Shown piece after piece: positions 1 through 9,520 of a DNA stretch of 64,000 nt. The stretch is from a virus (Duplodnaviria; Caudoviricetes): the IMG/VR virus record IMGVR_UViG_3300037751_000591, positions 1 to 64,000 of that record; one strand, 5' to 3'. The notes below the pieces were generated by a model. The model ran no database searches and was not told the origin of the DNA. It saw only the letters and a program-made list of their open reading frames with translations. Every line of letters starts with the position of its first letter. Position 1 is the stretch's first letter. The position numbers and the translations under genes were made by a program.

Positions 1-480
1 GGCAGTCTTCACGCCCTTCCGTTTGAAGGCGTCGCGTAACTGCTGATATGCCTCTTCGCTTACGAACCGGCGAACCAGCGCCAGATACCAGCCGCAGTAG
101 GCCCGGCCATGGCCGGCCTTGTTGCGCGGCGCGGCAACGTGCGCCAGTTCGTGACAGATAACCATGGGGGTTCGAGACCAGCGCGGCATGGTGATGTAGC
201 CGTCTGGCGTGCCGCCGCCGTTGCGCCGCCCCCGCCCATCCTTGACCAGCACGCTCCAGTAGAAGCGGTGCACGCGGTTGCGCCACCAGCGCGAGCGCGT
301 GATCTTCCTTACGAACGCCCGTGTTTCGTGGATGGACATGGGAGCGTTTCGGTCGAAGTCTTCGACCTCGCGCTCGGCGTCGTAGACGCGCTGGCGTTGA
401 AAGTCTCGGGGCCTACGCATCGAGCGCGTAAGCCTCTTTACGAACGCCCGTGCTTCTTGGAAGTCTTCGGGCCTAGCCAT
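1..480 (-). CDS. HExxH zinc metallohydrolase, Rv0185/TIGR04338-like (runs off window start; absent from ORF track)
   Basis: Manual translation from ATG 480: MARPEDFQ...RDFQRQRVYDAE...ICHELAH...GHGRAYCGWYLALVRRF; open to position 1. Confidence 0.7.
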   Translation of the reverse strand, partial: MARPEDFQEARAFVKRLTRSMRRPRDFQRQRVYDAEREVEDFDRNAPMSIHETRAFVRKITRSRWWRNRVHRFYWSVLVKDGRGRRNGGGTPDGYITMPRWSRTPMVICHELAHVAAPRNKAGHGRAYCGWYLALVRRFVSEEAYQQLRDAFKRKGVKTA

Positions 481-703
481 CGGCGACCTCGGCAAAGATG
501 CCGGCGGTCGGCGTGACCAGCCCTTCCTCGATCTGCAACTTGGCGATCCGCGGCGAGCACTGCATGCACGCGATCTTGCCGGCACGCCGCGGGTGCAGTG
601 GGTCTTCGTGCTCCGCCGGCACGGGATAGACATAGCGGTACTGCCCTCCCGTTTCGTTGGGGCAGAAGTCGCACTGCTGACTCCAGCCGTTCATCTTTGA
701 CAT
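473..703 (-). CDS. small Zn-finger protein
   Basis: CDFC and CMQC motifs; GGAGG RBS upstream; stop overlaps the next gene's start. Confidence 0.55.
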   Translation of the reverse strand: MSKMNGWSQQCDFCPNETGGQYRYVYPVPAEHEDPLHPRRAGKIACMQCSPRIAKLQIEEGLVTPTAGIFAEVADG

Positions 704-746
704 TATCTTGGGGCCTCCTGTCTGCCATTACGATGCCTCCAAGAGA

Positions 747-775
747 ATTATACCACGGGCGGAAGTATTTGTCAA
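747..775 (-). promoter_or_regulatory. sigma70-type promoter P1
   Basis: TTGACA-17nt-TATAAT with extended -10 TG. Confidence 0.8.
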
Positions 776-901
776 ATCGGGGTGGTAGCAACCCGCGGCA
801 GATTCGCCGCCAGACTTCCCTAATCGCCCCTAATCCGCCGCGGGTGAGGGGTTGGTCCATCGAGCGCGGGCCTCCCCTTGTAGTCGCCTGCGCTTCTATC
901 T

Positions 902-2146
902 TTAAGAATCGAAGAGGGGAAGATTGTCGAGTTGGTTCGACGGTGCGCCGGAGCCGGTTCGCAGTTTGGCTTCGAGGTCGAGGTAGGGCTTGCTGATGTC
1001 AAGTCCGATCCAGCGCCGGCCAAGCTCGCGGGCGACCAGCCCGGTCGTGCCCGATCCCATGAATGGGTCGAGCACGATGCCGGGCAGGTGCGGAACCTCG
1101 GCAAGCGAGGCCGCGCAGAGTCCGCGCATTCGGTCAACCCTGTCGCCCATGCCTCCGATCTGCGGCCGGCGGTCGGCAAAGCAGTCGCACGATGGCAGGT
1201 AGCCAAGCAGTTCGGTTTCGTCGAGTTGCCCGCTCGGGCCGGCGACCTTGCGATCCCCTCGGCCTGTCCGTGACGTCGACGCCAGACGCTGAGCCTCGAC
1301 ATTGCGGGTCGGATGCTTGATCCGTTCAATCACTGGCACCCAACCCTGACCGCACTCGGGGCACGTGTACTTCGGGCAGGACGCCGCGATCATCGGCGCA
1401 ATCAGGTCCGGCGGATAGGTCGCCGGATGCCCGCCGCGGTAGCTCGACGTTTTGGTTGTAATTACCGAAGGCGGGTTCTTGTCCAGCCCGAGCAGCCGGC
1501 GGACGGCCTCGTGGTCTGAGAAGTAGCCCATGTTGCGGACGGCCTGTATCACGTATTCATGGGCGCGTGTCCTTCGCCACGATGCACGCCGCGGTCGAAA
1601 GCCGCCGTACTCGCTGCACTGGTCACAGCCGGGGCACTGCTGCCAACTGGTCGGGCCGGTTCGGATCAGGTGAGTCTCGATGCGCCATCCAAGGCCCGGC
1701 TCGGGCATCGGGTCGTCTTTCCACCAAACGGTGTCGTCGCGGATAATCCAGCCGCGCGCTTGCAAAGCGAGCGCGATCCGGTGCGGCAAAAGCAGCAGAT
1801 TTCCATTCGGCACGTCTGCTACCTTGCGCGGCCCGTAGCTGTTGAGCTTGCCGCCGCGCGTGTTGATCTTGCTGGTCATATTGAGTCCGCCGGAGCCAGC
1901 GAAGGTGTCGCCGTAGTTGAGGTACAGCACGCCATCGGGCCGCAGGACGCGGGCAGCGTCGTCAAGCACGGTGACAAGATTAGCAATGTGTTCTTCGGGG
2001 CTTTCCTCGTTGCCGATCTCGCCGAGGCTGCTGGCCTCTTGGTCGCCGTCGTAGTCCCTGACCGCGTAGTATGGCGGACTGGTTGCGACCATGTGCACCG
2101 AATGGTCGGCGAGCGGGATGCGAAACGAGTCAGCCTGTATCAGCAT
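902..2146 (-). CDS. DNA N4C/N6A methyltransferase (beta class)
   Basis: TSPPYY motif IV near N-terminus, HPATYP, DPFMGSGTT motif I near C-terminus. Confidence 0.92.
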   Translation of the reverse strand: MLIQADSFRIPLADHSVHMVATSPPYYAVRDYDGDQEASSLGEIGNEESPEEHIANLVTVLDDAARVLRPDGVLYLNYGDTFAGSGGLNMTSKINTRGGKLNSYGPRKVADVPNGNLLLLPHRIALALQARGWIIRDDTVWWKDDPMPEPGLGWRIETHLIRTGPTSWQQCPGCDQCSEYGGFRPRRASWRRTRAHEYVIQAVRNMGYFSDHEAVRRLLGLDKNPPSVITTKTSSYRGGHPATYPPDLIAPMIAASCPKYTCPECGQGWVPVIERIKHPTRNVEAQRLASTSRTGRGDRKVAGPSGQLDETELLGYLPSCDCFADRRPQIGGMGDRVDRMRGLCAASLAEVPHLPGIVLDPFMGSGTTGLVARELGRRWIGLDISKPYLDLEAKLRTGSGAPSNQLDNLPLFDS

Positions 2147-3749
2147 TATCAAACATCGGCAGCCCATCCAATTGCCCGGTCGGGCCGCTGAACCCCGTGC
2201 GAATGGTGGCCTGCTCGCTCAGATAGGGCCGGCTGATGTCCATGCCGATCCCCCGGCGCAGTAGCTGCTGCGCGACCATAACGGTCGTGCCCGACCCAAC
2301 CATCGGATCGAACACGATGCCCGGCACAGCATCGGCCTGATCTGGCCATGCCGGCACGGCGACGCGCTCCAACCAGCCGCGCTCGATCCAGCTTTCGAGC
2401 AGTTCGGCGGGAACCGGTCGAGCGCCAGCCCGGTCGGTGCGAACGTAGTGCTCGATGGCCGACCCCGCCTCATCTTTCATAGCCTCCAACTGCGGCGACT
2501 TCTTGATCTGCTCGGCGTAGCGGCGCTGCTCGAAGCGCGTAATCAATCGCACGCCCTCATCGACATTGCGCAGCCGGTTCAATCCGCGTCTGCCAGTTGC
2601 TTCGGTCGGGTCTTCGGTGCCGCCGGTACCTGTTGGCGAAGCGATGGTCTCTAGGTCGTCTACTTCGAGTCCGGCATGACAACCACAGGTTGGTCGGTAG
2701 CCATGCACCGTCGTCACTCGCTCCATATGCAGCGTCGTAGTGCCAGTCGCATTCGTGTGGCCGCTATTGGCCGTGTACGGCACAGCGGGGTTCGGGTTGT
2801 CTGGCCTCGGGCGCGGCATGCTGCGGCTGACAATTGGTGCCCATCCTCTCCCGCAGGTGGGGCAGCACCAGCGGGGGCAAAGCGCCTTGACAAAAAACGC
2901 AACGAGGTCGGGCGGAAAGGTCGCCGAGTGCGACGCCTTGTAGGAGGCGGTTGGTATGGTTAGGATCGCCGGCGGATTCGTCATGGTCTCGACAAACGCC
3001 GACCAAAGCTCGGGCAGATCGCGGGGGTCAGGGATTTCCATTACGGACCGCGGGTTCTTGCCGGCCCTGTCAATGCTCACAAAGCCGCGCTGGATTGCAT
3101 CGGGGTCATCAGTGCGCTTGCCATCATAGTCAACATGGCCGCGGCCAGCGCGGGAGTCATGCGCCCAAAGCGCGGTCTCGCGCACCGCCTCTTGGTCCCC
3201 CCAATAACTCAAACCCTTGCTGAACAAGAAGACGAACTCGTAGCTCGATGTGGGCCGCCAGCTAGCTTGGCGCAATCGGCCACTCTCCAGTTCCCATCGC
3301 CAGCCACCGACGTTTTCGGGCAGGGGGTTCGGCTTGTTCCATATCACCGATTGCCGCAGCATCCAGCCGTCGGCCTGCAGCGCCAGCGCAATCCGCGCCG
3401 GCAAGAGCATCAGGTTGCCGCCCGGCACTCCGGCATCAACCCGCTCGTACTCGGGCTGCCAGTTCTTCGACCTCTTGCTCGCTGACTGGACGCCCCGACC
3501 GACTCCGGTGTGAGCATCGCTGTAATTTAAGAGGAATACCCCGTCGTCGCGCAGGACGCGCCTGACCTCGCGGAAGCCTTCGACCAGCCGCCGCACGTGC
3601 TCGTCTATCGTTGCCTCTTCGCCGAGTGGGGCATCGCCCTGATCCCCTTCGTACTTGCGGAGTCCCCAATAGGGGGGGCTGGTGAAAACGCAGTGCACCG
3701 ACCCGTCGGCCAGCGGGATGTTGGCTAGGAAATCGCCTTGTATCAGCAA
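2130..3749 (-). CDS. DNA N4C/N6A methyltransferase (beta class), paralog of the adjacent gene
   Basis: TSPPYW, HSATFP, DPMVGSGTT; TTG start. Confidence 0.92.
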   Translation of the reverse strand: MLIQGDFLANIPLADGSVHCVFTSPPYWGLRKYEGDQGDAPLGEEATIDEHVRRLVEGFREVRRVLRDDGVFLLNYSDAHTGVGRGVQSASKRSKNWQPEYERVDAGVPGGNLMLLPARIALALQADGWMLRQSVIWNKPNPLPENVGGWRWELESGRLRQASWRPTSSYEFVFLFSKGLSYWGDQEAVRETALWAHDSRAGRGHVDYDGKRTDDPDAIQRGFVSIDRAGKNPRSVMEIPDPRDLPELWSAFVETMTNPPAILTIPTASYKASHSATFPPDLVAFFVKALCPRWCCPTCGRGWAPIVSRSMPRPRPDNPNPAVPYTANSGHTNATGTTTLHMERVTTVHGYRPTCGCHAGLEVDDLETIASPTGTGGTEDPTEATGRRGLNRLRNVDEGVRLITRFEQRRYAEQIKKSPQLEAMKDEAGSAIEHYVRTDRAGARPVPAELLESWIERGWLERVAVPAWPDQADAVPGIVFDPMVGSGTTVMVAQQLLRRGIGMDISRPYLSEQATIRTGFSGPTGQLDGLPMFDNADTG

Positions 3750-3752
3750 TGG

Positions 3753-4322
3753 TCAGCCGTTTTGGTCTGGCGGCCTGTAGCCTTTGGGTTCTTGATGGGG
3801 CATATGCGTGAGCTTGCCCATGATGAGCGTGTACTGCCCGAGACCCGACCGGCTGCGCATTTCGAGGTAATACCGTCCATAGCTCGGGTCGCCGCCGTCG
3901 GGAAGATAGAGGCAGATTTCCGCATCATCGTCGTATCCGCTGATTGCCTTTTTGAGCATCACGGTATCGACAATCATCATAGCAGTTGGGTCGCCATATG
4001 GCAGCACCTTCCCCAACTTGACGCCTTTCCCATCTTCGAGCGGTACGATCTCGAACTCCATCGACCGCGCCTGCTCCCCGATCGGCCGCGCCGCCTTCAA
4101 CGTCTGGCCGACGAACGGCCTGAACGCGTCGAGCAGCGGAATGGCGTGCAGCCGCCAGCCGTCGGAAGCGAAAATCGTGTGTTCGGTGATGGTCAGGGCA
4201 AAGTAAAGGTCGGGCCGCGTGTGGTCGCGGCTGGCCGCCATCATCAGCCAGCGCATCATCTTGCGCTCGAACGGGTCAAACTTGACCTTGATCGATTGAA
4301 CCGTGCTTGTTCTCTTAGCCAT
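3753..4322 (-). CDS. DNA polymerase III beta-clamp-like protein (partial length)
   Basis: RDHTRPDL...IFASDGWRLH resembles the DnaN central domain motif RPxL...ATDGxRL. Confidence 0.5.
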   Translation of the reverse strand: MAKRTSTVQSIKVKFDPFERKMMRWLMMAASRDHTRPDLYFALTITEHTIFASDGWRLHAIPLLDAFRPFVGQTLKAARPIGEQARSMEFEIVPLEDGKGVKLGKVLPYGDPTAMMIVDTVMLKKAISGYDDDAEICLYLPDGGDPSYGRYYLEMRSRSGLGQYTLIMGKLTHMPHQEPKGYRPPDQNG

Positions 4323-4992
4323 GATAGTCCTTTGGAACCGCGTCCATCCAAATGATGTCGCCCTCGTCGGCCTCGATAAACACGCCATGCTTCTCGGGGT
4401 CGAAGGGCTGGCGCTCGATCAGCCCGTGCTTCTCCGCCATTTCCTCGAAGTCCCAACCGTCAAGATCGGTGCGTTCGGCGAAGTGGCGCACGATGTCACG
4501 CCAGAACGCCGCCAGCGAGCGCCGTATCTCCGGCGTCCGGTCGGGCGGTTCAGCCGGCTCAGGCGGTTCGGCTTTCCTGCTCGGGCGCTGGTCTCGAAAG
4601 CGGGCGTGCACATCATCCCATCTGCCGATGGCCGCCATAAGTCGAGCAGCGCGGACCATCTGATCGAGGCAGGATTTCCATTTTCGCTCCGGCTCGACCG
4701 CCAGCAGCACGTAGGCGACCAATCCACGGTGCCCGTCTTCACGGTGCATGCACACCAGCATGTACGTCGCCGCCGAGTACACTGACCCACGCAGTGTACT
4801 GATCCATGCCCTGCCGCTGCCGTGATGCAGTACGGCATAGGTGCAGGACGCATCATCCGCTGCGCTTGGCTTCGAGTACGCCAGCTCAAGCGGGGCAGAC
4901 CAGTCGACTCCCGACCGGATAATCCTATCGTGTCCGATCTTGAAGATTGGGAAGTGCCCGATATGCTGGCTTGTATCGCGAAAGATATTCAT
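4315..4992 (-). CDS. hypothetical protein
   Basis: ORF coupled to the upstream gene by an ATGA overlap. Confidence 0.55.
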   Translation of the reverse strand: MNIFRDTSQHIGHFPIFKIGHDRIIRSGVDWSAPLELAYSKPSAADDASCTYAVLHHGSGRAWISTLRGSVYSAATYMLVCMHREDGHRGLVAYVLLAVEPERKWKSCLDQMVRAARLMAAIGRWDDVHARFRDQRPSRKAEPPEPAEPPDRTPEIRRSLAAFWRDIVRHFAERTDLDGWDFEEMAEKHGLIERQPFDPEKHGVFIEADEGDIIWMDAVPKDYHG

Positions 4993-5312
4993 TCGTTGCC
5001 GCCTGACCAATCGCATGACAGATGCGCTCCGCCTTGAAGCGAACTCACAAAGGCGCAGAGTGTGCCATCTTCTGTGCGGAAATCGCCGACACAGGAACCG
5101 CCTCCTGTGAACATAGGAGCGTAGCAGCGATAGCGAAGATTGATGGTGTCCGAGTATGTTGATTCATCGCGACCAGTGACTTCCGCTGTCTGCCCGGTGG
5201 ATCGGGAAGGGCCTGAACAGGCCGCCAGCACGACCATGGCGATGGCGGTCATCATCAACAGGTCAATCCAGCTCATGCCGAACACCCCCTCGAACGATGC
5301 AGTCTTTTTCAT
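4989..5312 (-). CDS. putative lipoprotein
   Basis: hydrophobic stretch ending in lipobox LAAC. Confidence 0.5.
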   Translation of the reverse strand: MKKTASFEGVFGMSWIDLLMMTAIAMVVLAACSGPSRSTGQTAEVTGRDESTYSDTINLRYRCYAPMFTGGGSCVGDFRTEDGTLCAFVSSLQGGAHLSCDWSGGNE

Positions 5313-5545
5313 CGGCGCGCATCCTCTCGGTCCCATTGGTCGACGTAACAATTCTTGCAGGTCCAGCCACCCGGCAGGTCCTTCCACGGCCTGACCATCT
5401 GATGCCAGCCGGCATCGCGGGCCATGCTGCGGGCCGTGTCGTAGTCGGGGGCTTCAAAGTCCTGCCGGCGCTCGCACCCCGAGCACACGAAAATGTAGGT
5501 CGATTCAATCGTGATCCGGCCCGGCTCGTAAGCTGTCTCGGTCAT
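5309..5545 (-). CDS. small Zn-finger protein
   Basis: CSGC...CKNC; coupled start/stop. Confidence 0.55.
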   Translation of the reverse strand: MTETAYEPGRITIESTYIFVCSGCERRQDFEAPDYDTARSMARDAGWHQMVRPWKDLPGGWTCKNCYVDQWDREDARR

Positions 5546-5928
5546 TGGCTTGACCCGAACAGCGACGGCTGCTCGGCCTCACTCTCTTGGCGCGCCCTGT
5601 ACTCGTCGAGCGACATTGCCCGCCACTTGGTTGAGTTGCGGCCTCGAACGGTGCGGCCCGTTTTTCCCGTGTCAACAACAAGTCCGGCGTTCACCAGTTC
5701 GTTGCGCCTCGAGCGAATGCCGCTGTCTGACATGCCAATCCCCGCCTCGCGGCACTTGACGATCAAGAGTTCGTCAATCATGGCACCGTTCAGGATCAGG
5801 ACCTGCCAGACCTTGGCCTGCTGCTCGGTCAAATCGCCGAGCCGCTTGGCGGCCTGCCAAGAGGTCTCGGGGTCGCTCCAACGGGCAGCGCCCCTACCGC
5901 CGGGCATGTAGCCTTCATAGTTCGACAT
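5542..5928 (-). CDS. winged-HTH DNA-binding phage protein
   Basis: ARWSDPETSWQAA...RSRRNELVNAGLVVDTG pattern; C-terminal QPSLF. Confidence 0.65.
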   Translation of the reverse strand: MSNYEGYMPGGRGAARWSDPETSWQAAKRLGDLTEQQAKVWQVLILNGAMIDELLIVKCREAGIGMSDSGIRSRRNELVNAGLVVDTGKTGRTVRGRNSTKWRAMSLDEYRARQESEAEQPSLFGSSQ

Positions 5929-5946
5929 AGTGTGCAGCCTCCATGT

Positions 5947-6492
5947 CTACAAACGAGCCTCGCCGAGAAAACCGCGGTTTTCGTGCAGCGCCGGATAGGA
6001 CTCAATGCCGGCCGCGACCTGCTTGGTCATGCGGTCGTAGAGAGTCAGGTAAACGGCGGCGGCCAGATTGACGCAGTGATGAGTCGGGATAATGACGAAC
6101 TGGTGGCAGTGGCGTACTACGGACTTCCCGAGCGATCCATCTTCGGGACCGAAGACGTACAGGGCGTTTGGCGGGTGATAAAAGTCCGGCAGCGGGATCG
6201 AGTTCTTGCGAACCTCGATGGCAACCGGCACGACGGAATCAAACGCATCAAACGGATAATCGAACTGGATCAGGGTCACATCGTCGTAGCCGCGCATGCG
6301 TTCTTCTCGCGGCAGCCGGCCCTTGGGGTCGAGCGTCACCCTGTCGCCGGTGTACCAAACCTGCCCGATGCCAAAGCATGAGGCGGCGCGCACGGCGGCC
6401 CCGACGTTGTGCGGGTACTTCGGTTCGATTAGAGCGATGGCCGGCGCGATCCCTGCAGGCGGCGCGCTTTTGCCGTAGACCCTGCGCGTCAC
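5947..6492 (-). CDS. SpoU/TrmH-family RNA methyltransferase (SPOUT)
   Basis: PKYPHNVGAAVRAASCFG, YVFGPEDG, VNLAAAV..LYDR motifs. Confidence 0.88.
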   Translation of the reverse strand: MTRRVYGKSAPPAGIAPAIALIEPKYPHNVGAAVRAASCFGIGQVWYTGDRVTLDPKGRLPREERMRGYDDVTLIQFDYPFDAFDSVVPVAIEVRKNSIPLPDFYHPPNALYVFGPEDGSLGKSVVRHCHQFVIIPTHHCVNLAAAVYLTLYDRMTKQVAAGIESYPALHENRGFLGEARL

Positions 6493-7015
6493 TTGCCCAC
6501 TTCCTCTCGGATTTCCAATACCACTTCAAGGATGGCGACCAGCGCCATGAATATGTACTTCCACGGGCCGGCAGCATCACGTGTCTCGGTTCTCAGTTTC
6601 AGCAAGGTGTTTCGGTGCTTGTGTCGTATCATGAGAGGTCGCTGAAATCTCCCTCCCGCAGCTTGCCGAAGTCGTCGGGTGCCATGGCTGCCAGCTTAGT
6701 CAGGTCCACCGCTGGCATGACAACGCCGGCGATCTCTGCCAGAATGCGGAACGCCTTGTCAAAGTCGTCGTTGCCGAGGGCGGCCAAAGCCTCACCAACG
6801 GCGTCCCTCATGCTGACTATCGAGGGGTGCCGTCGGGCAGCGGCGTTCAGCAGGCCCTCGGCCTCATCACTGCTCAGCCACTGCTTGCAATGCGTGCAGC
6901 GGGCGACATACAACGTCCCGTCGTGGCTGATGGGCGTTACGGACCGCCAGTAGTGGAAGCCATACAAGCTGTGCTTGCACAGCAGCTTCGCCATCAGGTT
7001 GCCTCCGTTCACATA

Positions 7016-7044
7016 ATCCTACCGCCAGCGGCAGGGTTTGTCAA
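7016..7044 (-). promoter_or_regulatory. sigma70-type promoter P2
   Basis: TTGACA-17nt-TAGGAT followed by GGAGG RBS. Confidence 0.7.
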
Positions 7045-7505
7045 TCGGTCTCAGGGTCGAAGTCGTGTTCCTCAACGAACTCAGGGGCCAGCACGATCAC
7101 CTGTCCGCCGTCATTCATGGTGTAGACGGCGCGCCCAATGCCTTCGTTGCCGCCTTTCGTTTGACGGTAGTACAGGTCGACCGCTGCTTCCGCCGAGTTG
7201 CTCGTCGATCCCGCGGGCGTGTCGAGCGCCTTGCGCAATCGCGCATTGTCGGCCCGAAGCGCCGGGACGCAGGTGCAGTGCTGTTCGTCTGGACAGGGAT
7301 CGTCGGCCGCTATGCGTGCGGCCTGTCGCCAATCATCCAACTCGGTTTCCACCTGTTCCAAGTGTTCGCCGATCAGGGGGATGACGGACAAAATCGCCAG
7401 CATGTCTACCTTGGTGAACTGGACCTGCCCGTGTTTGGCATCCGCCAAACGGCGCTGCAGCATCACGGTCACGGCCCGCGCCTCGTTCAGTTCCCGCTCA
7501 TCCAT
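7041..7505 (-). CDS. hypothetical coiled-coil protein
   Basis: ORF in a coupled minus-strand operon; HCTC motif. Confidence 0.5.
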   Translation of the reverse strand: MDERELNEARAVTVMLQRRLADAKHGQVQFTKVDMLAILSVIPLIGEHLEQVETELDDWRQAARIAADDPCPDEQHCTCVPALRADNARLRKALDTPAGSTSNSAEAAVDLYYRQTKGGNEGIGRAVYTMNDGGQVIVLAPEFVEEHDFDPETD

Positions 7506-7818
7506 CGTCTTGCCTCCATTGGTCGAAGTAGACGCGCCTGCCCGTAGTGGTGATGTGCCAATCTAGTGAGTAGCCTATAGGTCGCGGGGCCACAAGCCCC
7601 ATCTTGTAAAGCCGCCACAGAAAACGACCGGCCAAGCCCGGCATGGCCTTGCCGCGCACGACCCCCTTGCGCACATCGCTGAGCGTTCGCCAGCCCGACG
7701 AGTCGGGCCACATTCTCTGCGCGAACCCACGGGCGCTAAGCGACCCCTTGGCATCAATAAGTATTTTCAGTGCACGGGCCTGAGGCTCAGTCAGCATCTT
7801 GGTCATCTGGTCGCTCAT
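7498..7818 (-). CDS. winged-helix protein
   Basis: LTEPQARAL...LWRLYKMGLV...ITTTGR wHTH pattern. Confidence 0.5.
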   Translation of the reverse strand: MSDQMTKMLTEPQARALKILIDAKGSLSARGFAQRMWPDSSGWRTLSDVRKGVVRGKAMPGLAGRFLWRLYKMGLVAPRPIGYSLDWHITTTGRRVYFDQWRQDDG

Positions 7819-7828
7819 CGGTGCTTCA

Positions 7829-8563
7829 TCAGTAATTCCACCTGTTCTTGTGTTCGCAGTCGGGCCAGTGCCACGATCGGCCGGCGGGAGCCATGTCTAT
7901 TGCCCACCAGTGGCCTTGCTGGTCCTTGGCGAAGTCAACGGACCAAGCATCGTCAACCTCAAATTGATTGCTGCGCATAATCTGGAAACAATAGAATTCG
8001 AGACGGGCCTGATCCATCGGGTGAATTGTGTTCATGCCGGCGAGCTTCTCGCGCCAGTCTGGATCAGACGAACCTCCCTGTTCAACGGCCTCGGCGGGCC
8101 AGTAAGGATGCGAGCAATAGATTTTCATTGGGCTGATAAAGAAACGGCGCTCGACGTTGATCGGCATGTCGCCGTGGAAAGCTGTGAAGGCGGTTTCGAG
8201 TTGTAAAAACTCGCGCAAAGCCCATGTTTGGACCGGCATGCTAGGTGTCGCCATCGCGCTGAATTCAACGATCTCGCGCATGTGCGAACCAATCGAATTC
8301 GGATTGGTAACGCAGCAAGAATCGTTCCAAGAGTGCTTGGCGCTGGTGTGGCCCGATCTGAGAAACACAGGCCCATTAAACCCGCGCGCCAGTTCTCGCA
8401 ACTGTAAAATGAACTTGGTCACGGCGGGGTCGGCAGCGAGGTCCAACATCTTAAAGAGGTCGGCGTCGGTCTGGCGGATCACAGTTTCGGGCACGGGAAC
8501 CCCGCTGGCCTGCAGCTTTGGGAACCAGTAGGCGATATTGGCCTTTTCAATTACTGTTGTCAT
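7829..8563 (-). CDS. ATP-grasp fold protein (R2K/D123-like)
   Basis: PVFLRS..SAKHSW, LREFL, ERRFFI, WSVDF, WAIDM motif order. Confidence 0.6.
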   Translation of the reverse strand: MTTVIEKANIAYWFPKLQASGVPVPETVIRQTDADLFKMLDLAADPAVTKFILQLRELARGFNGPVFLRSGHTSAKHSWNDSCCVTNPNSIGSHMREIVEFSAMATPSMPVQTWALREFLQLETAFTAFHGDMPINVERRFFISPMKIYCSHPYWPAEAVEQGGSSDPDWREKLAGMNTIHPMDQARLEFYCFQIMRSNQFEVDDAWSVDFAKDQQGHWWAIDMAPAGRSWHWPDCEHKNRWNY

Positions 8564-9049
8564 GATCCGCCTCGTCGGAACTCGGCGTTGCCAAGCTCGT
8601 CTGGCTCCATTGTCGCCGTCACGTTGTAACTTCCGCACTCGGGGCAACTGGCATCCATGGGTTCGACTCCTCTTGGGTGTTCGGCCAATGCCATCTCCAG
8701 CGGGCAATGCAGTAGCTGTTTGGCCCTGTCAGCGCATCAGGCCACAGGCTGCCGGGCCGGATGTCGGCAAACGCGCTGACGAACCGCCACTCTCTATCGA
8801 AATAGGCCTCGACAATCACGCCGCCCGTCATGCCGCCGGCCCAACCGTGGCACAGCAGGTCGGGGACCATGAGCGCTACAATCCGAGCGCCAAGCTGAGC
8901 ATCGTGCCCTGTATCGTAGACGACCCACCATGTCGCCGCCCGCAGCCAGTATTGATGGCGGTCGAGATCGGCCCTCGACTCAAACTCAAGGGGAAAGAGC
9001 AATGCCAGCGCAAGCAGCGCTACGACCGGCGCGACAAACTGGCGGCGGC

Positions 9050-9520
9050 TCATGGCACTTCGATGCCGAGCAACAGGAGCGCTTGGCGGGCGCGCACCGC
9101 GTCGGCGACTTTGATGCTCTTGCGCTGTCCCTCCGAAGACGAGTAGTAAGTCACGATGCTGTCGCCGGCCGCGATGCCCTCATAGTAAGGTGCGGCCTCG
9201 GCCAGCGGCAGCAGCGCTTCGACCAGTGCGGCGATATGTGTGCATGCTTCGGCAAGCATTTCCGGTCCTTCGTTGACGAGGGCTTCGACCATATGCGCGT
9301 TGGCGCGATCTTGGTCGTCGTCGGCCAGCCCCGGCGTGGTCATGACCTCGGTCTGGTATTGGGCTTGCTGCGCGACACCCGTCTTGTTGCCCTTGATTGT
9401 CTTGCAACCGTGGTGCAGGTCTGCCTTCCACGGTCTGGCGGTGACGCGTTCAGCCAGCCGGTTGATCCGGCGGTTGAACGTGTTGATCGTCGCCAGTCGC
9501 GTGATCTCGCGTTTGTCCAT
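9050..9520 (-). CDS. hypothetical phage protein
   Basis: ORF in operon; TARPW...ANAHMV pattern. Confidence 0.45.
   Translation of the reverse strand: MDKREITRLATINTFNRRINRLAERVTARPWKADLHHGCKTIKGNKTGVAQQAQYQTEVMTTPGLADDDQDRANAHMVEALVNEGPEMLAEACTHIAALVEALLPLAEAAPYYEGIAAGDSIVTYYSSSEGQRKSIKVADAVRARQALLLLGIEVP

Noticed and set aside
776-901. GC-rich intergenic stretch as a tRNA or ncRNA
   Set aside because: No cloverleaf, T-loop or recognisable family motif
109-996. ORFs 109-516(+), 438-860(-) and 598-996(+)
   Set aside because: They conflict with the better-supported minus-strand genes and with promoter P1
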